Part shown: positions 51,117 to 63,942 of the stretch, piece by piece | Layout of the letters: each line of letters begins with the position of its first letter | Numbering within the stretch: position 1 is the first letter of the stretch | Assembly: GCF_018350175.1 (NCBI RefSeq) | Contig: NC_058368.1 | Span: 223,450,001-223,514,000 of the forward strand | From: Felis catus | Lineage: Eukaryota | DNA: 64,000 nucleotides | Direction: 5' to 3' | Made by a program: the position numbers and the translations under genes | Notes under the pieces: generated by a model | The model's database searches: none | What the model was told of the DNA's origin: nothing | The model's input: the letters and a program-made list of their open reading frames with translations, nothing else

Positions 51117-54044
51117 GAGATTTTCGTTTCATTTATTGTATTCTTCCACTCCAGATTGTGTGCATTTTCATGATTTCTATTTCTTTGTAAATTTCTTGTT
51201 TTGTTCATGTATTGTTTTCCTGAACTCATTATATAGTTTTTCTGTAATCTCTTGTAGCTAATTTAACTTGTCTAAAACAACTATTTTGAGTTCTTTTGGG
51301 GGTAAATTGCAGCTCTCCAAGTCTTTGGGGCTGGCTATTGGAAGACTATTGTGATCCTTTGGTGCTGTAAAGGTTCCTTGATTTTTCATATCTCTTGAAG
51401 TCTTGGATGCTATCTTTGCATTGGCAGTATAATTACCTCTTCCAGTCTTTACTGAAGGACCTTAGGAGATAATTAGCCATTCTAGAGATTCTGAGACTTT
51501 CTTGGCCCTTCTGTGGATATGCCTGCTTCATGGATTTTGGTCCCTTTTGTGGTAGAATTCTTGAATTTGTATGCCTTCTCTTGATCCTGCAACATAACAG
51601 GCCAAATGCTAACAGCCTCCCTTTGCTTTCCCAAGAGAAAGCTAAAATTCAAGTTTGTGGTTTCTTTGTGGCCCACAGATTAGGCTGATTTTATGCATGT
51701 TCTTAGCAGCTCTCTGCCTTCCCAACTTTGTGAGCACACATAGAGCTGGACACAGTGTCAGGGAGTATTAGAGTGAGGCCTGTGTAGGGATAGAGCTGCC
51801 TGTGCGTTATCTGAGGGAATCAACAGGTAATACACCCCCAGCACCTCATAAGCCAGCTTCTTGATGGAGTCTGTGATGCATTTAGTAAGATCTGCCTCCC
51901 CGTAATGCTCTTCTATAGTCTCATTTGCTGCTCTCCCAGACTTTTCCTACCCTCTTATCACCGGCAAGGAAGCCGGGCACTCACTCACTAGCTCCCTTTC
52001 CCTCATGGGATAATCACAGGCTGAGAAGAAGTCTTTTGGAATTGAGTCATACCGCCTTGGAGGAAGGGTGACTTGGGAGAAATGCAATTGTTCTTACCCT
52101 CTTCAATGTGTCCACAAACTCATCGTTTTGTTTTGTTCTGTTTTGTTTGGGTTTTTTCCCCTCCAATTGTACTGGAACTTCTCTGCTGGAAACCTGGACT
52201 TCCACAAAGACCCTCTCATCTGTGAGTAATTGTCTAAGACAGTATTCTCCAGGGACTTCCAGATAGTGGCTGAGAGGGGCTAAAGCCAACTCATGGGCTA
52301 ATGCAGGGTTTACAGTTGTGACTGAGGTCTACAAGCCAATTACCCAATGTATGGGTGGGCATGACTCCTCCTAGGCCCCTTGGTGTATGGTCCTAAATCC
52401 CACAGCTCCCACAGAGATGCTTTTGTCCATGGATGGAAACCCAACTGTTACTGTTGGGGAGGGGGGGGTGGGCATGGCAAGAGACGCCATATTAGGCCAT
52501 GTTGCTATTATCGCTCCAGCTTCTATCTTTAGTTTAGACAATAGTGTTTTACTTGGAACCAAATCTAGCACTAGACACTCTATAATACTTAACAAAAGTT
52601 AATTCCATTTGTTATTCTTTATATAAATGTCAAAGGACTGGGCAGCATAAATGCATAGATTTGTCAGCAGACATTTAGTATCTTCTATAATATTTCATCA
52701 GTTTCTATCTTTGAATGCTTGTTTCTTTTCGTTTTTGGTAACCTTTGGTCACTCCCACCTAACATTTTATATATTTATATGGTTTTAGCAAAATCTAATT
52801 CAGTTATAATCTCTTAAATTCGTCTACATATGTATGCTACTCAAAAGGAAAAAGAAAATGTTTTCCTATATCCACACTTCCCTGATAGTCAACCTCAGTG
52901 GAACTTGTTTAAGTGGCAGCACAATCCACCTACGGTTGTTTGGTTGAATGAAAACGGTCTTAGATTGATTTTAAAAGTGTCTTCTCTATGAAGAGTTTAT
53001 ATTTTAGGACAAAGTTCATTAAAAGATTTGAAATGCTGATTCTGAATGTGTTCAATTAAAGAAAAAGACAAAAATGTGATTATCACTAGGTTTGGGGAAT
53101 GAAATAAAATTGAAGATGATATGATATCCTGATACGATATTCCAGTTAAGATGTAAGAACGTTTTGTCTTTTTTATAATGTGCTCAGAAAAAAAAGTTAC
53201 TCAGAAATAAATTTTCTGCCTACTTGCATGGAAGGTAACTCTAAGGGAAATTGCATTCATGTTGATTATGCCTGAATATACTTCCCAGCCAGAATTTCAA
53301 TTACTAAGGACCTTAGATGAGTGAGCCAGGAGAAATCTGTCAGTTAAAAAAAAAAAAAAAAAAACAAAGTGAGTAGAGACAAGTATCTCTTCTCTCATGC
53401 TTCTTCTATGTATGGGAAGAATCAATTTGCTTTCATCTTAATCCCAAATAGAAGGAGCAATTGACTTTGGGGAAATCCTGTAAAATTTATTGCTGACAGC
53501 ATGTTAGAGAGTACTTTCTAAGGATGACAGAACACATGAATTGATTTTGCTTCTAGTGACACCAGGATAACTGATTCTCTCAATCACATAGCATCACTCT
53601 GGGGTTTGTTGTCGCTTCTCCCTGCCATTTGGAAGTTTTATATCAAACATGGGAGAGGGGTGGGCCATCTGAAATCTACTCTGGTACTTGATTAGCATGA
53701 TGTATCCAACTGCCATTGCCTGTGTTTAGATAATATACAGAGCGCTAGTTGACTACATATATAAGAAAGAAAAAGTTGACTTCAACATATCAATAGTATT
53801 TAAACATTAGCAAATATATGAAAGGGCAAAATAATGTATCCTACAAATATTAATTAAGATCAATTTTAAGAAAAAAACATAATTTAGAAAACTACCCTTA
53901 TAAAATTATAGTGTATTCCTTTTACATCAATTTTAATATTTATAATATGAAATGAATTTAATTATCAAATGCAGTGATTGATTTTAGAAGACTTAGTGGA
54001 ATTTTTCTTGAGCAAACAATATGTATCTCTTGTCACTTTCATGG

Positions 54045-54250
54045 AGTTATGTGTACAGATGTATGTGCATATCCATATATACATATATACACAGTATGGT
54101 ATATACATACATACACACACACATGTATGTGTATCATGTTGTATTATTATATGTTGAAACCTACATATATAAACATATACACTCACATAAATTTATACAT
54201 GCACATATACATATAATTAATCTCATATATACACATATAATGTACATATT
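54045..54250. repeat. Degenerate (TA/CA/TG)n low-complexity tract
   Basis: Directly visible. Confidence 0.85.
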
Positions 54251-55929
54251 GAAAAGTGCTGTCAAGAACCTATGATGTAGGAAGGAATTATTTTAGCTAC
54301 ATTATATAAGAGAAGGAACAGAATATTATAGATATGTTGTCACGTCTTTTCCTCCTCACCTTTATACCGTCCCACGAAAAACCCCAAAACCCAAAGGAAC
54401 AGAAAAACACAAAATTCACAGGAATCAAACAGGATAAAATACAGACATTTTATTTTTAAAGGCCTGCGTAATAGATTGTAAGTGAGCCTCATCTCATTGT
54501 CTCAAAGTTTTCATAGAGGCCACTAAATAAAGGCTGATGGAAAAACAATAGTGCCCTGTTGCATTACACCCTAATTACAAGCCGGAGATGTCTATACATC
54601 CAAAAGGGATGACTCAAGTGTCATTTGGGAAGCATCAGTATGCCTCACAGCTGCATCCCCTAAGAGAGGTGATGGTTGAAACTTTGGAAAAGAGGCCCTT
54701 ATTACAGAAAATAGGCAGCATCCTGCCAATCAAGCACTTCTTCCCATTCCATCTTGGACAAAGGCATGGAATGTTTCCCTTCACCTGAAGCCAAATAAAG
54801 GAAGGTCCAAGGTATTCACAGCCAAAGTATGTCCTGCGCTCACTGGAGCTTGATGGCCCTGAAGACCAGTAGAAGAAGCTCTCCAAGCATTGGCCAAGAT
54901 GGCTGAGAGAAAAGACCAAACCTTTACTTGTAGCAAGATGAATACTTGGGAATCTTGCTCATGAGTACTGACTAAAAGTTTAAAATAATCCTCCATATGA
55001 AAAGTGTTAGGTACCTTTGACCTAAAGGATGAAAGAGAAGTGCTAAGTGAGGTGCGGAAGCAGCTTTGGACATTATCAGTGTCAAAATGACTGATCTTGC
55101 AGCTTCACGCAAATGATGCCAAAGAAAGATCCAGCAAGGATACATCAATGATGAGAGGGTACCAGCTCAAGATTACAGCTAACTCTTCCACGTATGATTG
55201 TGTTGCTTTTAGCGATCCTCCCCCTTTTTGGGGGTCAGATTCTGGAACGGCTTAAAATAACAGTTAACTAGGGAGTAGGGAAAAAATGACTAAGCAAGAA
55301 GAAACTGACTAGTGCATGTCCCAGTGGAGGCTTTCAGGCCTTGAGTGGGTCCAGGCTTGGGGTCTGCTACTTTGGAACAGATTATTGTTATCTAATTAAT
55401 GCTGGTCTGGAATTTTTATGCCCAGGCAAGGAACCATTTAAAATATATACTATATGGAGTACCTGAAAAGCTATGGGGTTGTCTGAGGTTTTAATTAAGA
55501 GCACAAAAAAGGATTAGGCCACAAAGCAGATATAAAGGGCTGGAAGGAGTAAAAGTAGTTCGGTTTCTGGTTACAAGCCAAATCTAGATCATTCAAAGAT
55601 CCAATGCCCAAAGGTATGAAGCCATTTCAATATCTAGCAACTGACCTTGTGAAGAAATGCATCCTCTTATCCAAACTTAAATAAAATACATTTTTCTATA
55701 TTATATAAAATTCGAATCTTAGTTATGGATGTAATTTCCCCCTTCTTTGCTACTCCTGATACCTCCTTAGCTCATATGCCCTCACACCTCCATGGTCCCT
55801 CTGAAAGGTTGTGTTACCTGTGGTGTCAGAATTTTCAATCTGTGTTCCAGACTTTCCCCAGACCAGTACTTGAAAAAATCAGAACCCAGTCATTTCATTT
55901 TTGTTTCATAAACTCCAATCTTTACCTCT

Positions 55930-56340
55930 CCCTCCCCTCTAGAACCTTCAGAATAAAACTATACTTCTTTACAGCACATATTAGGCCCTTTGTGATCTGT
56001 TTCTCATTTACCTTTTGAGAATGATGTGTCACATCACTAAATAAACTGTTTCCTCCAATAGTTCCTCCAAAATATGCCTTCGCATCTGTTTGTAAAATGA
56101 TGCTCCTCTTGGATGACTTCTTCCACCGTTTTCTTTACCTGGCTAATGTCTGTTTTTCCATCAAAATTGGTCTCAGAGGCACTGCTAACTGGTGACTTCC
56201 TTGAAAACCCTCCCTCACTTGATTCAGCCATCACTCTGAGCTACGTCTCCCTGTGCAGCTATGTTAACCTCTTGCCCATTTCTGTCAGAGCACTCGGTCT
56301 GTCATAAAGAAGTAATAAATACTCACTGATAATACCATGA
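55930..56340 (+). mobile_element. Probable L2 remnant
   Basis: ccttcgcatctg...tgctcctcttggatgacttc...cttccttgaaaaccctccctcact resembles the L2 3' region. Confidence 0.4.
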
Positions 56341-57030
56341 AAATTGCCAGTAAAATAAAACTTCCGAAGAAAATTGTATTTTAATCAGTTTCCTTCACCA
56401 ACATGCGAATATAATTTAAAAAGACGAGTTAAAGTTAATGGTAAATCTTAACTACCAAATAAATGGCCAGTAACTTTTCTTGTATGAAAAATTATATAAA
56501 ATTTTAATAGTAGCATGAATAGCATTGATAGCTGTGATTTATGACTTGCTTTCTTAAATCCCAGATAAGTTTTATAACCTTACAAAGAACTTTTTATGAA
56601 TTATTGAACTTCAAAAAAAGAAAAGCTCTTTTTTTCATTCTCTAAATGAGGAAACTGCTGTTCTGAGGGGTGAAATGAATTCACAGAGCTAATAAAAAGA
56701 GCGAGACAGAGTGCTATCCCTATTTCTGTCTGATTCTGAAATTCTTGCTGTTAACTTCTAGGTTTTACAAAATAATCCTTGTCACTCACAGTTCGTGTTT
56801 TTATTATATCTTATTACAGACTTTTATCCCCTCAAATAAAAACAGAGATGCAGATTGATGCTTTTAGCTTAGTTCCTAAATATGCTCATGGGTTGCTCAT
56901 CACAGATAGATTACAGAAGCAGGCCTTATAATTTGGATGGGACTCACACAGAGTTTCCATTTTGGGGAGATTTTTAGGTGAAATTCTGTCTCTGGTTTAA
57001 GTGTTCTTATTGTCTCTCAACACTTTTTCT

Positions 57031-57252
57031 TTTAAATTTTTTTTCAACGTTTTTTATTTATTTTTTCGGACAGAGAGAGACAGAGCATGAACGGGGGGAG
57101 GGGCAGAGAGAGAGGGAGACACAGAATCGGAAACAGGCTCCAGGCTCTGAGCCATCAGCCCAGAGCCTGACGCGGGGCTCGAACTCCCGGACCGCGAGAC
57201 CGTGACCTGGCTGAAATCGGACGCTTAACCAACTGCGCCACCCAGGTGCCCC
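57031..57252 (-). mobile_element. Very young felid SINE (SINEC_Fc-like)
   Basis: CpG-rich body; perfect 15-bp TSD ctcaacactttttct at 57016-57030 and 57255-57269. Confidence 0.98.
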
Positions 57253-57961
57253 AGCTCAACACTTTTTCTGAAGGAACTTGAGATTTTGTGCACCTACTAC
57301 GGATGGTGTATTCTGACCCCAAAACAGTTATGATGCTGGCACAGAGGGCCAGGTTTTCTCTACTTTATGTGTTGATATTTTTAATGATCTTTTTTAAAAC
57401 TACATATACAGCTAGCTATGGGAAAATATCTTTGACAAGAAATTCTGTTGAAATACTTTTGTTTTTTAATCCTGAGATATTCTCTGGCAACTTTATTCCT
57501 ACAACATTTTCTGGAAAATATTGTCTTCATTTACTCATTCTTCCCACATTGATTTAGAAAGCATATGATACAAGGATGAAGTAAAAGAGGGCTTACAGCA
57601 TTGTTAGTGTTAATTTTTAGTTAATCTTGGTTGCCAGAGTCTTTTTGTTTTACGTTAACAAACACTGCAAAGCAAAGGCTTTTCTATGTAGTTCTGAGTT
57701 CTAAGAAGCTGCTTTGGTATTAGTATACATTATGTGAATATTTTTAATGTGTAGGTCAGAACAAGCGGTTTATAGATTTGCTTGTCGTATGCATTTCTTC
57801 CTGCCATAATTGAAAACTCTTGAGGGAACTTGTACATTAAGGAAATATCTGGAGGGCGAAAAGTAAAGCATTGTGAATTCTTGATTTAGCTTCTGCCATA
57901 ATGCTATCTTGCTGAAAAGGTAAGTAAAATATGCAGATGCACCAACAATACATACCTACCT

Positions 57962-58200
57962 GGGGCACCTGGGTGGCTCAGTAGGTTAAGCAACTGATTT
58001 TGGCTCAGGTCATGATCTCACAGTTCATGAGTTCAAGCCCCTAGCCCCGTGTCCGACCCTGTGCTGACAGCTCAGAGCCTGGAGCCTGCTTGGGATTCTT
58101 TGTCTCCCTCTCACTCTCTGCCCCTCCCTTGCTTGCACTCTGTCTCTTTTTGTCTTTCAAAAATAAATAAACATTGGGGAAAGAAATAATTAAAAAGAAG
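57962..58200 (+). mobile_element. Can-SINE
   Basis: Canonical; TSD aatacatacctacc / aatacataactagc. Confidence 0.95.
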
Positions 58201-58260
58201 AATACATAACTAGCCTCACAAAACAAGGCAGATCTTTTCATTACATTTAAAGACATATAT

Positions 58261-58477
58261 GGGCCAGCTGGGTGGCTCAGTGGGTTAAGCGTCAGACTTC
58301 GGCTCAGATCATGATCCCGTGGTTCCTGAGTTCGGGCCCACGTTGGGCTCTGTGCTGACAGCACAAAACCTGGAGCCTGCTTCTGATTCTGTGTCTGCCT
58401 CTCTCTCTCTGCCCCTCCCTTGCTTGCACTCTGCCTCTTCCTGTCTCTCAAAAATAAATAAACATTAAAAACAATGT
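58261..58477 (+). mobile_element. Can-SINE
   Basis: Canonical body, tandem to the previous SINE. Confidence 0.95.
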
Positions 58478-59914
58478 TAAATAGATATATATTTTTTCTA
58501 ACTTAAAGTGAAAAGGAAATCTTCCATGTAGAAAATGTGATTTATTGTGAAGTTTAAGAGAGAAGGAGAATATTTGAAGTCATTTAGGCAGAAGTGTTAT
58601 TGGTTCAAAAATCAAGATTTTTTTTTTTCTTTAGGATCTTGTAAGTCTTCTTTAACATATAACAATCCTTTTAGAGACTTTCCTTATCTGTACCCACCCC
58701 AACTTAAAAATGCATAGACATTCATTCCTCACAGGGCAGCTCTGTCTGCCCACAGGTCCTGTCCCCTGCTTTCATAAAAACACCCCTTTGCACCAAGAAA
58801 CAAAACAAAACAAAACAAAACAAAAACAAAACAAACAAACAAAAAAACACATAAGGTCTTTTTCTTTAATGAATTTTCAAAATGATGAAAAAAATTAATA
58901 CCTAATAATAAATTAATTTATCATCAAAGATAAAGAGATTTCCTGTACCAATGGAAAAAGATCGAAAGATGAAGATTTGCCAAAAGAGGAAAGATGAAGA
59001 TTTAATTAGAGACTGGTATTTGGTTTAAAAGTTGAATCTGAAAAGAAACAACAAAATGTGAGCATTAATTGGTAGTATTTAGTTACTGAAGAGACACTCC
59101 AGAATGTCTAACCTGACTTTGCCTCTCTATAATCAAGGCATTAAATGAACACGGCATTTAGCTGAGATATGTTTCACTATGGTTCTTGAATCCAAGACTC
59201 TTTCGAAGGGTAGATTGAAAGTTTTGTCAGCAAGTTACCTGAAAGCACAACATGTCATCTTTTCTGCCTGCACAGCTATGTTTTCATCTAACAGGAATAG
59301 TTTACTGATTTTCTCAATTTTCTTATACTGATAAGAGAAATTAGGGTTTTCAGACATGTGGGATGGACCCCCCAACCTCCTGCATGGTATAGCATCATCA
59401 GTGCAAAACTAGTAAAAGAAAATGCAGGAGCAGAGCGAGTGGTGCGTGATCAATCTGCGGCTGGATTGGCCTAGGTTTTCAGGCACTGACCCTCCAATTC
59501 ACTGGACCTGTTCCCTGAGCAAATGCTGCTGCAGAAAGGAGATTGCTGCTTCTAAATTGCCTCTGCCTGCTTGGGTCTGGCCTTTGGGACCCACTACAAA
59601 GCCCTCCTTAAATTGCATCTTTCTCTAATTGCCTAAGGGATTCAAAATTTTGCATTTCTTGCCCTTATGTTAGGAATGTCAGTAAGAACCATAACTCCTC
59701 TAACTTTATCTTGTGAGACCACATTTCTTTCCTGGGGAGGTGGAGTTGTAAATATACCAAAATCTGCAATTAAGTTTGAAATTAAAAAAAGAAAAAAAAA
59801 CTGCATCAGTTTTTTTTTCAATGACATTCCCTTTTATCATATTCTCACTCTCAACTAAGAACATTTTTAAATTTCTTATTTAATTTTCAGCTTAATTTAC
59901 TTAATTTGAAATTT

Positions 59915-60945
59915 TGATAAGTTTTTGTTTTAATTCCAGTTGGTTAACGTGCAGTGTTAAATTAATTTCAGATGTACAATGCAGCAATTCAACATATTCC
60001 ATACATCACCTAGTGCTTATCATGACAAATACACTCCTTCATCCCCACCAACTGTTTAAACCATGCCCCCACCCACCTCCCCTCTGGTAACCATCAGTTT
60101 GTTCTCTATAGTTAAGAGTCTGTTTCTTGGTTTGCCTCTCTCTCTTTTCCCCCTTCGCTCATTTGTTTTGTTTCTCAAATTCCACATATGAGTGATATCA
60201 TATGGTATTTGTCTTTCTCTGATTGACTTATTTCAGTTTGATTATACTATCTAACTCCATTCATGGTGAAATCCAAGATTTCGTTCTTTTTTATGGCTAA
60301 GTAATATTCCATTATATACTCCTATATATATTTCCCCATTATATTATAAATATGTATATATATATATATATTTATATGATATGCTATATAATAAAATTTA
60401 TGTTTATTATTTTTATGTTATATATAAAATTCCATTATATATATTCCAATATATATATTCCATTATATTTCTATATATTTTATACAATATAATGGAATAT
60501 ATACTCAAGTACACATATATATGTATACACTTATATACATATATATGTATATACATGTATATACATGTATACACATACATATATACATGTATACATACAT
60601 ATACGTATATACATGTATATACGTGTATACACATACACAATATGTATATTATATACATATAAATATATGTATATACACTTATATATATACTTTATATACA
60701 AATATAAACATACTACACTCTCCATTATCCATGGTCACTTGGGCTGCTTCCATATCTTGGCTATTGTAGACAACGCTGCTATAAACAAAGGATTGCGTGT
60801 ATCCTCTTGAATTAGTGTTTTGTATTCTTTGGGTAAACACCCAGTAGTGCAGGTAGTTCTATTTTTAACTTTTTGGGGCACCTCCATACTGTTTTCCACA
60901 GTGGCTGCACCAGTTTGCGTTCCCACCACATCCTCAGCAACACTT
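59915..60945 (-). mobile_element. Carnivore L1 3' end with an internal ~400-bp AT-rich expansion
   Basis: Antisense 3'UTR 59915-60310; ORF 60735..60929 reads FIAALSTIAKIWKQPK. Confidence 0.92.
60311..60712. repeat. (TA)-rich / TATACA low-complexity expansion
   Basis: Directly visible. Confidence 0.95.
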
Positions 60946-61167
60946 AGTAACTAAGCATTTTTGACCTGAAAATCCATTATCTTACAGTCAAAAAGTTTTC
61001 TCCTGTACCTGATCCTCATCCATCCTTTGCTCTTCCCCTTCTATCTTTGAACATGGCCCGTGTTATATTTTATCAACTTTAATGATTTCGTTTTCACTTA
61101 CAAGATACTGAAAAATGTCTCCATATCAACCCTTCTCTCTTATTATGTGCTTCTTAAAACTCTTCTC

Positions 61168-61392
61168 GGGGCGCCTGGGTGGCGCAGTCGGTTAAGCGTC
61201 TGACTTCAGCCAGGTCACGATCTTGTGGTCCGTGAGTTCGAGCCCCGTGTCAGGCTCTGGGCTGATGGCTCGGAGCCTGGAGCCTGTTTCTGATTCTGTG
61301 TCTCCCTCTCTCTCTGCCCCTCCCCGTTCATGCTCTGTCTCTCTCTGTCCCAAAAATAAATAAAAAACGTTGAAAAAAAATTAAAAAAAAAA
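61168..61392 (+). mobile_element. Young felid SINE (SINEC_Fc-like)
   Basis: ggggcgcctgggtggcgcagtcggttaagcg; perfect TSD aaaactcttctc at 61156-61167 and 61393-61404. Confidence 0.98.
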
Positions 61393-61794
61393 AAAACTCT
61401 TCTCTAAAGGACAATTACAATATGTTTTTAACATAGTTGATTTAATTGGAATGTTTTGGTACTAATACTGTTAGCTTATTGCTTCTAGATTTTTAATTTA
61501 GATTCAGTAATTAATTTTGCGTGTTTTGAAAAGCATTTTTCTTAATGTAGGCCATATTTTAATTTGTATTCCAGTCTTCTTCATCTCAGTAAATGACAAG
61601 CCCATTCTTCTGGTTCTTCAGGCCAAAAACAAACACACATAAACAGAAAAAACAAAAACAAAAACAAAAACAAAAAACGGAAAACAAACAAGAAGCCATT
61701 CTGATTTTTCACTTCTCCCACACCTTGCAGCCAATTCATTATACCTTCATTATATATCCTCTATCCACTTACTTCATTTAATCTCTTTCTATTA

Positions 61795-62330
61795 CAGGCT
61801 TACCTTGGAGATATTGTGGGTTGGGTTAATGGGCACCACAATAAAGCAAGCTGATGAATGTTTTGGTTTCCTAGTGCATGTTATACTGCAGTGTGTTATA
61901 TGTGCAATAACATTATGTCTAAAAAATACAACAGACATGCATTTTAAAATACTTAAAAATACTTGACTGTGGGGCGCCTGGGCGGCTCAGTCAGTTGAGG
62001 GTCACATTCAGCTCCTGTCACTATCTCATGGTTTGTGGGTTCAAGCCGTGCATCAGGCTTTCTGCAGTCAGAGCCCAGCCTGCTTTGAATCCTCTGTCCC
62101 CGTCTCTCTCTGCCCCTTCCCTGCTCACACACTCTCTCTAAAAAGGGAATAAACATTTATTTAAAAAAAATACTTCATTGCTAGAAAATGCTAGTCATCT
62201 TCCAAGCTTTTAAGGAGTTACCATCTTTTTGTTGGTGGAAGGTCTTGACTGGGAGTTGATGAGTGCTGGCTGACCATGGTGATAGTTGCTAAAAGTTTGG
62301 GTGGTTGTGGCAATTTCTTAAAATGAAATA
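61795..62330 (-). mobile_element. Tigger1-like DNA transposon end, interrupted by a SINE
   Basis: caggcttaccttggagatattgtgggtt...caataaagc...tttggtttcctagtgcat...gtggcaatttcttaaaat follows the Tigger1 terminus as I recall it; preceded by TA. Confidence 0.85.
61971..62165 (+). mobile_element. Can-SINE within Tigger1
   Basis: TSD aaaaatacttgactg / aaaaatacttcattg. Confidence 0.94.
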
Positions 62331-62384
62331 AGTTATCTTCATATAGCCTACTGCTTACATTTTGAAATGACAGTCTCATTAGAT

Positions 62385-62640
62385 AACATGTATTAAGTAG
62401 TTATCACATGCAAGCACTGTTTTAGGTATTTCCTATGCTTCACCTCATTTTATCCTATCAACGGTACGATGAACCGGGTACTGCTATTATCTGATTTTAC
62501 ATAGCAGATAATTAAATTCAGAGAGATCAAGTAACTTATTTTTTCAAAGAGATTAATAATTTAACCAAGTTCACAACTTCAGTAAAAGACCTAATGCAAA
62601 CTTGGGCATTCTCATTTTAGAAGACTGAGTCTTAGCTGGT
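62385..62640 (-). mobile_element. Degenerate MIR
   Basis: caagcactgttttaggtattt...ctcattttatcct...attttacatag...ttcagagagatcaagtaactt. Confidence 0.6.
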
Positions 62641-62890
62641 ATGCGAAGAAGCCAGCCTGAAATTATCTCCAGTGTATGAGTGACTTCTGTTTGGGGCTGC
62701 ACACTATTAATCCAAAAGCTGTTGAAATTCCTTGCCGGGATCAGAAGTTGAGAGCTGGTTTGCAAGAACATGGCATTACTATTTCAGAGGTACAGCAGCA
62801 GCGAACATGCTACTGGGACCAGACACACTGGAACAGAGGGAAAAAAAATATCATAGTAGGAAAAATCCTGTTATTGTTTTTCCTGTGTAG

Positions 62891-62985
62891 TTTTTTTGTT
62901 TTGTTTTTTGTTTTTTGTTTGTTTTTGTTTTTTGTTTTTTGTTTTTTGTTTTTTGTTTTTTGTTTTGTTTTGTTTTTGGTTTATT
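62891..62985. repeat. (TTTTTG)n-like microsatellite
   Basis: Directly visible. Confidence 0.93.
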
Positions 62986-63857
62986 TAATTTATCTATTTA
63001 CTTTTGAAACATCCATATGTAGAAAAAAACAGCATTTCATCATCTGGATTTTTCCAACTTCTGTGGGATAATTTTAGCCTAACGTCTTCCTAGTTGTGAC
63101 CCACAATGTCAGAGAAGAACCTTGAACTCTTCTTCAAGGGAAGAAAGAACTGCAGTTCTAATGAGTTATCTGCTTTCTGTTTATTGTTGTTTTGCTAGCG
63201 CTAGGCTTCTGGACACAGGTGATTCAGAATGATTTAGCAACACAGCACAAAACACTGGTCTTGAACATATTGCTTTCATCTGTCTTCTAGCACCTACCCG
63301 TTAGAGTTCGTTGGTGAAGTAAAACTAAGACGCTGTTTATGTGTTTCCTGTGGCAAATGCCAGAGGATTAGGAAAAATATGCACTTTATCCCTAAGAATT
63401 TGCCTCTCATTTGGTTTTCAAACTGCATTAAAGATTAATCCCTAAAAGCTTATGTTGCTCGGATGATGCTTTTACCATGTTGAGTAGATTTTCCCCTATG
63501 AGAACATTTCTTTGGTCAATTCAGTTAGATCCTAATTGAGTGGTTTCCTCAAGTTGCCCTCTTTTCCAAAAGCCACAGCCAGTAATCACTTGTTCAAAAT
63601 AAAATTGGGACCTAAATCAAGAAACTATGTATAACTTGGTCAATTATCTCTTATCAGTCACGTTAGAAAGGAAGACAATGCTTGAACGTACACAGTTCAT
63701 GCAAAATATCCAGTAATTACTTAAATGTGCTCAAAAAATGCAGGTCCCAACTTACTGTAATATTGACAGGACAGAGAACAGAGAGGAATTTCTTCCTATA
63801 AAACAGGCAAAAGAAGAACAAATTAACAAATGACCCAGATGACTTGCATAATGGAAG

Positions 63858-63942
63858 TTTTTTTTAAATTTTTTATTATTTTTAATTTTTTTTTTTAAAG
63901 AGAGAGAGACAGAGCACAAGCAGGGGAGGGACAGTGAGAGAA
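63858..63942 (-). mobile_element. 5'-truncated Can-SINE 3' fragment
   Basis: T-tail plus agagagagacagagcacaagcaggggagggacag with no tRNA head. Confidence 0.8.

Larger units (their letters stand above)
44756..52517 (-). mobile_element. Near-full-length decayed L1 (L1MA9-like 3' end) with five nested SINEs
   Basis: Correct domain order on the minus strand: 5'UTR ~52500, ORF1 C-term (FIITRPALQEM, 50281..50481), endonuclease (IIVADFNTPLS, 49040..49270), RT-region pieces (47273..48113), C-term (45546..45887), 3'UTR; candidate TSD agc(a/t)tctatcttt at 44743-44755 and 52518-52530. Confidence 0.9.

Noticed and set aside
57911..57925. Perfect splice donor aag|gtaagt
   Set aside because: Isolated motif expected by chance; no credible upstream exon
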